The translations under genes and the position numbers were made by a program. Below are positions 9,385 to 16,683 of a DNA stretch of 24,000 nt, in pieces; position 1 is the first letter of the stretch; each line of letters opens with the position of its first letter. The stretch comes from Candidatus Woesearchaeota archaeon. Its GTDB lineage: Archaea > Nanobdellota > Nanobdellia > Woesearchaeales > UBA11576. The stretch spans positions 162,908 through 186,907 of the forward strand of contig JABGYH010000001.1 of assembly GCA_018675335.1 (NCBI GenBank), written 5' to 3'. The notes beneath the pieces were generated by a model. It saw only the letters and a program-made list of their open reading frames with translations, made no database searches and had not been told where the DNA came from.

Positions 9385-10431
9385 ATGTACAAATTAAAAC
9401 AAATTCCAGAAGATTTTATTGTTGAAGAAATTGCAAATCTTAAATTAGTTCCTAAAGGTAAATTCTTAATATATGAAATGAAAAAAAAAGATTGCAATAC
9501 AGTCCATGCAATTGAACAATTAGCAAAACACCTAAAAGTCCCATTAAAATTTATTGGATTTGCAGGATCTAAAGATCGTCATGCAGTAACAACTCAATTT
9601 ATTTCAGTTAAAAAAGCAAGACCTAATTTTCAATTTTTATTAGATCAATTCTCATCTGACTTAATATCTCTTGATCTTATTGGTGAAGCAGATGAACCCT
9701 TATCTTTAGGCGACTTAGAAACTAATCGATTTGTAATTACTGTTAGAAACTTAACTGATGATGATACGAATAAAATTCAATCATTCAAACCAGATCAGAT
9801 TGAGAATTATTTTGATGAACAAAGATTTTCTGAAAAAAACCCACTCATAGGAATAGAAGTTTTAAAAGGAAATTTCAAAGAAGTCTGTGATCTGTGTGAT
9901 GAATATTGTTGTAGAGATCATTTAAAAAAACAATCAAAAGATTTTGTTGGCGCATTCAAACGAATTCCTATGAAAATAAGACTTATGTATATTCATGCAT
10001 TTCAAAGTTTATTGTTTAATCGAGCATTACAACAACTAACCGAGGAACAAACCAAAAATCCAACTCTAACTAAATATTCATTCGGAACATTTGCTTTTTC
10101 AACACAAGACACAATAACTGAACAAAATTTACCATTAATTGGTTTCGCGTCAGAATTTGAAACTGGAAAAATCAATGAGTTATTCACAAGTTACCTAAAA
10201 GAATATGATATCACACTAAGAGATTTTGCCATCAGATCAATTCCCGCACTATCTTGCGAGGGAGATTTAAGACCTGCATACTTCAAAGTTAGCGGATTCG
10301 AATATGAGCTCATGGATGATGACCTAAATTCCGACAAGAAAAAAATTGTTCTTAAATTTATTTTACCTAAAGGTTCATATGCGACAATAGTAATTAAAAA
10401 GATATTTGGGCAATTAATCAAATCTAAATAA
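9385..10431 (+). CDS. truD: tRNA pseudouridine synthase TruD/Pus7 family
   Basis: Catalytic-Asp motif GFAGSKDRHAVTTQ matches the TruD signature G-x-K-D-x-x-A-x-T-x-Q. NYFDEQRF is also present. Length is 348 aa. A TATA-like aactttaaaac lies about 30 nt upstream. Confidence 0.85.
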   Translation: MYKLKQIPEDFIVEEIANLKLVPKGKFLIYEMKKKDCNTVHAIEQLAKHLKVPLKFIGFAGSKDRHAVTTQFISVKKARPNFQFLLDQFSSDLISLDLIGEADEPLSLGDLETNRFVITVRNLTDDDTNKIQSFKPDQIENYFDEQRFSEKNPLIGIEVLKGNFKEVCDLCDEYCCRDHLKKQSKDFVGAFKRIPMKIRLMYIHAFQSLLFNRALQQLTEEQTKNPTLTKYSFGTFAFSTQDTITEQNLPLIGFASEFETGKINELFTSYLKEYDITLRDFAIRSIPALSCEGDLRPAYFKVSGFEYELMDDDLNSDKKKIVLKFILPKGSYATIVIKKIFGQLIKSK

Positions 10432-10449
10432 TTAATAATTTAATTTTTA

Positions 10450-11313
10450 TTAGATAAAAACACTCACTATTCTCAAACTTAAACTAAACAAATGCTCAAC
10501 TAATGTCCCCATAGCAATAGGCATTTTAGTTTTTAAATAAATTTGATCTTTTGCTTTATTTAGTTGTTCATATATTCTTAAAGCAAATTTATAATCTTGT
10601 TTAAAAAAACTTTCATGTAATTGACCAAATATATTAAACAAATTAATAAAATATTTTTCTAGACTTAAATTAAATTCTTTAATTTGCGATAAATAAAACA
10701 AAGACCCAGATATTTTTTTTAGCATTAAAACTAAAACTACATATTCATATGTTTTTTCTTTTCCAAAATTATTTATGAATATTAATTTTTGACAATAATT
10801 ACTTTGCTTTAATATAGATTGCCTTAATTCTGATATTTCTTGATTTTTTTCAAATGAATTATTAAAACCCTCTAAAATCAAAGAAAACATATATTTTACT
10901 GTAATAAATAATTTATTTAATATTTTATCAAAATCTTTTGGTTCTTCTTTTATGCTATTTTTAATTATTATCTTATCATTTTTCTGATCTATTATTACTA
11001 AACCAGTAAATTTATCAATTAATTTATTAATACCTACAAAGGAAAATTTATTTTTATTTATTATTTCAATCAAATTATACCCTTGCCAATATATTAAAGA
11101 TAACGCAATTCGTAAAGAATTATCATCTAAATCAGTTGCATCCAACTCAATTTTTTTTTCTTTTAATACTGATTGAGGCGCAATTATTAAGTTATTTCCA
11201 TCTTCAGATACTGCAACTTCATCACCCGGATTTAATTCTAATCTATTAACCCATTTTTTAGGAACATATAGTGTAAGACCTGTTCCTCCTTGTTTTATCA
11301 GTTTTCTATTCAT
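10450..11313 (-). CDS. AbrB/SpoVT-type DNA-binding domain protein with a PhoU-like helical C-terminal region (archaeal phosphate-uptake-regulator-like)
   Basis: The N-terminus RKLIKQGGTGLTLYVPKKWVNRLELNPGDEVAVSEDGNNLIIAP is a typical swapped-hairpin AbrB/MazE/SpoVT motif. The remaining ~240 aa are helical, as in archaeal AbrB-PhoU fusions. The PhoU assignment is weaker than the AbrB one. Confidence 0.7.
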   Translation of the reverse strand: MNRKLIKQGGTGLTLYVPKKWVNRLELNPGDEVAVSEDGNNLIIAPQSVLKEKKIELDATDLDDNSLRIALSLIYWQGYNLIEIINKNKFSFVGINKLIDKFTGLVIIDQKNDKIIIKNSIKEEPKDFDKILNKLFITVKYMFSLILEGFNNSFEKNQEISELRQSILKQSNYCQKLIFINNFGKEKTYEYVVLVLMLKKISGSLFYLSQIKEFNLSLEKYFINLFNIFGQLHESFFKQDYKFALRIYEQLNKAKDQIYLKTKMPIAMGTLVEHLFSLSLRIVSVFI

Positions 11314-11363
11314 AATACCCCCAAATCAAGCATCATATTTAAAATTTACGATTTTAATATCTT

Positions 11364-11400
11364 AGATATGGAAGATAGTAAAAAGATATTAATAAGAGAC
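11364..11400. promoter_or_regulatory. Four phased AGATA-like direct repeats in the divergent intergenic region (candidate operator)
   Basis: agatat at 11364, agatag at 11373, agatat at 11384, agagac at 11395. Spacing is 9, 11 and 11 nt, roughly one helical turn. They lie between the AbrB-like gene (minus) and ORF 11441 (plus). Confidence 0.25.
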
Positions 11401-11440
11401 CTTAACTACTAAAGAATAACAAAAATGAGAGATCTTTAAA

Positions 11441-12331
11441 ATGAAACAAAACGAATTTTTAACAAAAATAGGAAAAATTTTTACTATCGCAATAGCTACA
11501 TCAATGATATATGGCCCAACACAGATTGGAACAATCAACCAAGCACAGGCAGCTGAAAAGCCAGAAGAAACAATAAACACACTAATCATTGCTAAAACAA
11601 AAAGAAAAACATCACAACCAACTCACAAAATTAAAACTAACACTACTCAAACAAGAAGCTTATCTCAAATAGTAAATCAAGCAAATCCTAATTCGTCTAA
11701 AACTAGAATTTCATATTTAGCAAAAGGACAACCTGCAACAGACCATGATTTAGCAAGAATTGTTATTCACACAAATAATGCAACCATAAAAATGACAGAT
11801 ATTGCAGATCATTTTCGTGACGCAGATGAAATTCCAGATGTAATAGAACTTAATGGAAAAATAGTTTGTACAGGAAATAATTGTAAACAATACAAAAAAA
11901 AATTCGTAGCAGTAAGAGATCAATTGATAGATCAGCATTTAAAAAACATAGACGAATATGTTCAAAAAGGAAAATATATTTTACCAAAAAATGAAGGTAA
12001 AAATTATTTTATTGAAGACCACAGCGGATTCCTGACATTTTATTCTCCAGATAAAAAATTCAAGTACAGATTTGTAGATAGTGATGGAGATGGGACTCCC
12101 GAAGAAATCCAAATAATAGAATACCAAGGAAATAAATCAAGATTAGTTTTACATGCGATCCGCGATAAATTTACAGAAAAAAAGTTCAAAGGTCTAATGA
12201 GTAAATTATACAAAGGAATGTGTAAACATCAAAAAGTCAAAACTGATTCCGAATATAATTCTAATCCAAAACCAAAAAAGAATGAATTAGATTATGAACT
12301 AGATAAAGCTCTAGATTCTTTAATGAGGTAA
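11441..12331 (+). CDS. Hypothetical secreted or membrane-anchored protein (296 aa)
   Basis: N-terminal signal-like segment IGKIFTIAIATSMIYGPTQIGTINQAQA|AE. T/K/N-rich linker. The C-terminal region has a DSDGDGTPEE acidic loop. No family recognised. Confidence 0.7.
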   Translation: MKQNEFLTKIGKIFTIAIATSMIYGPTQIGTINQAQAAEKPEETINTLIIAKTKRKTSQPTHKIKTNTTQTRSLSQIVNQANPNSSKTRISYLAKGQPATDHDLARIVIHTNNATIKMTDIADHFRDADEIPDVIELNGKIVCTGNNCKQYKKKFVAVRDQLIDQHLKNIDEYVQKGKYILPKNEGKNYFIEDHSGFLTFYSPDKKFKYRFVDSDGDGTPEEIQIIEYQGNKSRLVLHAIRDKFTEKKFKGLMSKLYKGMCKHQKVKTDSEYNSNPKPKKNELDYELDKALDSLMR

Positions 12332-12336
12332 TAAAA

Positions 12337-12729
12337 ATGTCATTGTTAAAAATATTAAGAGTTGAATGCGTAGATGGAAATTATAATGAATTAGATATGG
12401 ACTCTCATTCTGTTCCAGAAGTTTATGCGTATGGATTATTTAGTGAACTTAACACAATAACACAAACTAAACCAACAGCGCATTTAAGACAAGAATCTCC
12501 TTTATTTTCCCGATTAAATAAATTAGGGGAATATATCTCAAAAACACACAGCGACAATGACGACATCATCGCAGTTACGAACAGTCATGGGAAAAAATAT
12601 ATTTCTGCCGAAAAAATAATTTTTTTAAACAATAATCAAACATTCGCATTTACGGCTTACATAACTAATTTAACTTATCCCCAATATGCACTAGTTAAAT
12701 CAATTTATGATAAAATAAAAAAAGAATAG
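12337..12729 (+). CDS. Hypothetical small protein (130 aa), probably co-transcribed with ORF 11441
   Basis: Starts 5 nt after the upstream stop, with SD-like gaggt 8-12 nt before the ATG. No signal peptide and no recognised motif. Confidence 0.6.
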   Translation: MSLLKILRVECVDGNYNELDMDSHSVPEVYAYGLFSELNTITQTKPTAHLRQESPLFSRLNKLGEYISKTHSDNDDIIAVTNSHGKKYISAEKIIFLNNNQTFAFTAYITNLTYPQYALVKSIYDKIKKE

Positions 12730-12754
12730 AAAAAAAATAAACAAAATTAAATAA

Positions 12755-13405
12755 TTATTTTTCAATTGCAGTTAATGCATCATTAACTATTGCTGCAATT
12801 TCTTTTCTGTTTGCATCAACACTATCTAAAATTCCTTTTTGTTTATAATAATCAATTAAAGGTTCTGTTTGATCTCGGTATACTTTTAATCTTCCCCTAA
12901 TTGTTCCTTCACAATCATCATCTCGCTGAAATAAATCGCTTCCGCAAGAGTCACAACGCCCATGTTCTTTTGGTTGTGGAAAACCATCAGGATTAATATT
13001 ATATACCTTACTACAGGACTTACATGTTCTTCTTGCAGCAAGCCTATATACAATCACTTCTTCTGGAACTGTAAAATTAATTACTTTGTGAATTTGCACA
13101 TCAGAACTACTTAACGAATCTGCTTGAGGAATTGTTCGTGGAAATCCATCAAGAATAAATCCATTTTTACAATCATCGTTTTTAATTCTTTCTTGTAATA
13201 TGTTAACAACTAATTCATCTGGAACTAATTTTCCACTATCCATATATTCTTTAGCTTTCAAACCAACTTCAGTTCCTTCTTTTACTGCACCTCGAAGTAA
13301 ATCTCCAGTTGAAATTTGTATTAATTCTAATTTTTCTAAAATTTGTTGAGCTATTGTTCCTTTTCCTGCTCCAGGAGGTCCTAGAAATATTAAATTTTTC
13401 ATCAT
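12755..13405 (-). CDS. adk: Adenylate kinase, long bacterial-type with a four-Cys zinc lid
   Basis: P-loop LGPPGAGKGT, AMP-binding ISTGDLLR, GFILDGFPRT. The lid carries CKSC...CDSC. Confidence 0.92.
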   Translation of the reverse strand: MMKNLIFLGPPGAGKGTIAQQILEKLELIQISTGDLLRGAVKEGTEVGLKAKEYMDSGKLVPDELVVNILQERIKNDDCKNGFILDGFPRTIPQADSLSSSDVQIHKVINFTVPEEVIVYRLAARRTCKSCSKVYNINPDGFPQPKEHGRCDSCGSDLFQRDDDCEGTIRGRLKVYRDQTEPLIDYYKQKGILDSVDANRKEIAAIVNDALTAIEK

Positions 13406-13408
13406 TAT

Positions 13409-13861
13409 TCACCCCAAATATCCAAGTTTTTCTTTTTGTTCGTCTTCTTTGATCCATACTTCTTTGAGTTTACTTACTTGTTTGCGTAAATCTTTTCTGA
13501 AGGGTTTCCAAAAATCAAATACTGACTTGATGAACTTTGCATTTTCTTTATCACTATCATATATACTTATTTCTACAGCCCACCGATTAAAAAACATTAT
13601 TTGTTTATACAAAACCATTAATTGGTCTCGTTCTTGATCTGTAAATGTTGAAGATTCAATCATTATACAAAACTTACTATCTGGATGTATTAACTCATCA
13701 AGTATGCTTCCAGAATGTTCTACATACTCATAAATTTTATTTCGGATATTTCTTAGAATAAACGGCTCTGTTTCAGCTTTACTTATTTCAAAATAATCAT
13801 CCATAACATTAAAATCAGGTAAATCAAATTTCTTTTTTATTAGTCCATATTCTTTTTTCAT
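13409..13861 (-). CDS. Hypothetical protein (150 aa), immediately upstream of adk in the same operon
   Basis: Its TGA stop lies 3 nt before the adk ATG. A TATA-like atatttataaag lies about 25-30 nt upstream of its ATG. No family motif recognised. Confidence 0.65.
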   Translation of the reverse strand: MKKEYGLIKKKFDLPDFNVMDDYFEISKAETEPFILRNIRNKIYEYVEHSGSILDELIHPDSKFCIMIESSTFTDQERDQLMVLYKQIMFFNRWAVEISIYDSDKENAKFIKSVFDFWKPFRKDLRKQVSKLKEVWIKEDEQKEKLGYLG

Positions 13862-14103
13862 ATCAGATGTAAATTTAGAATTGCTTTATAAATATTTGCC
13901 TATACATAATTTTGCTTAAATATACAAATTAAATAAAATTAAGAACCATAAATCTAAATAACATTTTAACCCTAACTAACGTCAAAAACCTAACAAAACG
14001 CCTATAATTAGGATATAGAACACAAAAAACTTTATAAATGAGCCCCAATTTTGCCTAACTTAACTAAAAATGTAGGGGTCTAAATTTCAGACACTTACAA
14101 ACT

Positions 14104-14210
14104 GCCTCCGTGGCTTAGTGGCTATAGCGGCTGACTTGTAAACCAACATAATACCCAAAATTGTTGACCAAGCAATCAGCAGGTCGCGAGTTCAACTCTC
14201 GCCGGAGGCT
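14104..14210 (+). tRNA. tRNA-Thr(UGU) with a ~34-nt canonical intron at 37/38
   Basis: Acceptor stem GCCUCCG/CGGAGGC. D-loop AGUGGCUA. Anticodon stem GCUGA/UCAGC with loop CUUGUAA (UGU at 14137-14139). T-arm GCGAG-UUCAACU-CUCGC. Discriminator U at 14210. The intron 3' end CAAG pairs with loop CUUG, giving a 4-bp central helix flanked by 3-nt bulges (BHB-like). Confidence 0.88.
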
Positions 14211-14246
14211 TTCTTATTTCTAAACGTAAACTTAACTTAGTTAGTG

Positions 14247-14258
14247 AGTTAGCTAACT
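14247..14258. repeat. 12-bp perfect palindrome agttagctaact 37 nt downstream of tRNA-Thr
   Basis: The sequence is self-complementary and is preceded by the related aacttagttag. It could be a hairpin or a protein-binding site. Confidence 0.3.
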
Positions 14259-14416
14259 TTACAGTCTGGCTAAATAGAAAAAGTACTCTAAAACACACCA
14301 TAACAAAATAAATCAATATACTAAAAAACTGAATTAACACAAACACGTTTTCAAGATTCAAGAAATAATCAACAGATTTAATTCAAGATACTAATTTATT
14401 TCAATAAAATGATTAA

Positions 14417-15286
14417 TTAAGAGTTAAATTTTTCTCCAATAAAAAAAGAACCCGCATAGAGAGTGGCACCTACTAAACCGATTATAATATTTGGGGTATA
14501 ATCTCCTTCTTGACCCAAAAACTGAAAAAAATCCCTGCCCATAAATTTACTAATCGCATCTACACAAGCAAAAGATATTGCCAAAGTACCCGCACCATAG
14601 GTTATTTTTTCTACGCAAATACCAATACTATGTTTTGAATATTCCCAACAATATTTTAATATTGCTTTTGGTGATCTAACCTTCAACACATTTCCTAAAA
14701 GACCCATTTTATCTTTAGCTTTTTCAATACTTGCAGATTTAACACCTGCATATCTCATATATTCTAGGTCAACAAGAATTGGTCTTTCTTCTTTATCTAA
14801 AACAAAATCAAAGGCACCTACTTCTTCTTCATACAAATATCCTAATTCATGAACCTTTTCCATTGTTTCAAGCATTTGCTTTTTCAGTTCAGACGTTATT
14901 ACTGCTCCAGCTAGTGTTGGCCCTGGCAATAGTTCCTTAATTACATAATGTAAATCACCTTTCCCTTCCATTCCTTCATGATCACGACTTTTATTTGTTC
15001 TAATTGTTCCTGAATCAACGTAACCAACAATCCCAGGAATATTTTTTAACAATTCAAGATATCTTGCTTCATTAAGTATATTATTTTGACTGCAAACTAA
15101 AGGATGATCAAAATTAAATTTCATAATATACTTTTTACCCTCTTTTTCAACAATCCAAACTGGATGTTTTGTTGTAATTTCAGCTATTGGTCCTACAACT
15201 CTAAAACCTTTTTCAGCTAATAAAATCTCTTCTAAATCACCAAAATATTCTTTTTCTCCATCAATAAAAGGTCTAGTACTTACCAT
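14417..15286 (-). CDS. Hypothetical protein with a protein-kinase-like N-terminal fold (degenerate catalytic motifs) and a C-terminal hydrophobic anchor
   Basis: Kinase-like order of elements: KKYIMKF (beta3 Lys), NEARYLELL (helix C-like), YVIKELLPGPTL (hinge-like), KVHELGY. The HxD...N and DFG positions instead read LYEEEVGAFDFVLD and ILVDLEY. The C-terminus has two hydrophobic segments (GAGTLAISFACVDAI, NIIIGLVGATLYAGSFFIG). The CDS call is solid; the function is speculative. Confidence 0.55.
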   Translation of the reverse strand: MVSTRPFIDGEKEYFGDLEEILLAEKGFRVVGPIAEITTKHPVWIVEKEGKKYIMKFNFDHPLVCSQNNILNEARYLELLKNIPGIVGYVDSGTIRTNKSRDHEGMEGKGDLHYVIKELLPGPTLAGAVITSELKKQMLETMEKVHELGYLYEEEVGAFDFVLDKEERPILVDLEYMRYAGVKSASIEKAKDKMGLLGNVLKVRSPKAILKYCWEYSKHSIGICVEKITYGAGTLAISFACVDAISKFMGRDFFQFLGQEGDYTPNIIIGLVGATLYAGSFFIGEKFNS

Positions 15287-15498
15287 ATATTAATTATACC
15301 CCCACAGATATTTATGAAGTTTTCGTCACAAAATTAATTCAAAATAATAAAATAATATATTAAATTCTTATATTGATTTAATAATAAAAGCTTACAAGAA
15401 CACACGAAAATTTCTTATAAAATAACAAATAAAAACAAGTATAACAACCTAAAAAAAAACCCCAAATAAACATTTATCACTTAAATTCTAAGCAAAAA

Positions 15499-15506
15499 TT
15501 TATATT
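15499..15506 (+). promoter_or_regulatory. Candidate TATA box (tttatatt) upstream of the LysM gene
   Basis: Centred about 30 nt upstream of ATG 15532, consistent with a leaderless or short-leader transcript. Confidence 0.3.
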
Positions 15507-15531
15507 ATCCAAAATTATCTGTAGTAATTAC

Positions 15532-16653
15532 ATGCAAGCATGCCAAAGTTCTAATGTTTACAGGCTAGAAGATTATGTAGCTCAAAACTTTCGAACAGAA
15601 CCAGAAGTATTAATGCAAAATCCTGCCAAAGGATTTGTAAATTCTATTAGCCCTACAGGATACATTACAACAGTAACACAAGAACTTAAAACACGCGGAG
15701 AAGTTTATAGTAAAATAGAATTAACTTCTATAAGAGCTCACCTTAAAGACGCATATGCGCAAGTCAAACATAAAAAAAATAAGTCTTTACTTTCAAATTA
15801 TCGTTCATCTTTAGCAAGAATTGCCAGGTTTAGTTTTCAAGCAGAAATGACAGAAGGAAAAACATTAGATGAACTCTTAACATCTACTAAAACAAATGAA
15901 TATCAAAAATTTATTTTAGCAAAATATCATTTAGCAAACCAAAGCTATACTAAACTTAGATCTTCTAAAGGTTTAGCGTCTATTGATCGTGCATGCAGAT
16001 TAACTAATGAAATTTTAGAAACTAAATTAAGAACAGATCAAAAAGTAACATTTGGCGAACAAAAAGCTTATGATGCACTAATGACTGAATTAATGGATAT
16101 CAGAATATCTGCTAAATATCATGAACCTGCTAAGTTTGAAGAATTAACCCTCGTTCACGAAACAAATTTAGATCTTCCTCCACAAACTATAATTCCTGAA
16201 ATTAGTCATCCCTTAATTGATCAAATTGGATATTTTACACGCAGACATGCTAGTAGTTTTTTATTTATGTGTGGAGTTGTAGTTCTTGCCTGGCAATTCC
16301 AAATGAATTGTGCTTCAAATAAATATGTTCATGCATCATCTTCCACTGCCAAAATCCAACTAGATCCAAATTATGGCAATTCAACGAGTCAAAAAACTCT
16401 TATTCTTAAACCAAACAAGATCACACCACAAACACAACCGCCTATTTTAACTAAACAAGAAGTTCTTCCGCCTGGAAAGTATAGAGTTCAAAAAGGAGAT
16501 ATTTTGTGGAATCTTGCTCAACAATTCAGAGGAGATCCTGATACCTGGGAAAATATGGCTGAAGAATCAGACGTTGAAGAACCAACTTTGCTACAAATAG
16601 GAACAATAATTAATAAAATATCTCAAAAAAAAAACTCAGATAATACAAGTTAA
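15532..16653 (+). CDS. Single-pass membrane protein with a C-terminal LysM domain
   Basis: One hydrophobic helix, SSFLFMCGVVVLAWQF, at aa 241-256 (nt 16252-16299). C-terminal YRVQKGDILWNLAQQF...LLQIGTIINK (aa 317-362, nt 16480-16617) follows the LysM pattern Y-x-V-x-x-G-D-T/I-L-x-x-I/L-A...L-x-x-G-Q/T-x-I/L. Confidence 0.72.
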   Translation: MQACQSSNVYRLEDYVAQNFRTEPEVLMQNPAKGFVNSISPTGYITTVTQELKTRGEVYSKIELTSIRAHLKDAYAQVKHKKNKSLLSNYRSSLARIARFSFQAEMTEGKTLDELLTSTKTNEYQKFILAKYHLANQSYTKLRSSKGLASIDRACRLTNEILETKLRTDQKVTFGEQKAYDALMTELMDIRISAKYHEPAKFEELTLVHETNLDLPPQTIIPEISHPLIDQIGYFTRRHASSFLFMCGVVVLAWQFQMNCASNKYVHASSSTAKIQLDPNYGNSTSQKTLILKPNKITPQTQPPILTKQEVLPPGKYRVQKGDILWNLAQQFRGDPDTWENMAEESDVEEPTLLQIGTIINKISQKKNSDNTS

Positions 16654-16664
16654 AAAAAAAAAAA
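16652..16664 (-). terminator. Oligo-T tract (13 T on the minus strand) 20 nt downstream of the giant gene stop
   Basis: A run of 13 A on the plus strand at 16652-16664. Archaeal termination typically uses oligo-T tracts. Its first two bases are part of the LysM gene TAA stop. Confidence 0.35.
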
Positions 16665-16683
16665 TAATTCAAATAACTTAATT

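Noticed and set aside
11389-11589. 66-aa minus-strand ORF overlapping the start of ORF 11441, and the 62-aa ORF 13269..13457 overlapping the adk start.
   Set aside because: Both run antisense to, or out of frame with, well-supported genes and span promoter regions. No supporting start context was seen.
12755-13405. Bacterial-type zinc-lid adenylate kinase as evidence of horizontal transfer into an archaeon.
   Set aside because: Long bacterial-type Adk is widespread in several archaeal lineages. The gene has the same composition as its neighbours and sits in an ordinary operon.
14041-14082. Possible hairpin (gcccc ... ggggt, with a ~24-nt loop) upstream of tRNA-Thr.
   Set aside because: The stem is short at 5 bp including a G-U pair, the loop is long, and there is no supporting conservation. 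It is not distinguishable from chance.
14176-14361. 61-aa minus-strand ORF downstream of and overlapping tRNA-Thr.
   Set aside because: Its C-terminal codons are the reverse complement of the tRNA T-arm and acceptor stem (ARVELATC). It is an artefact of the tRNA gene plus AT-rich spacer.
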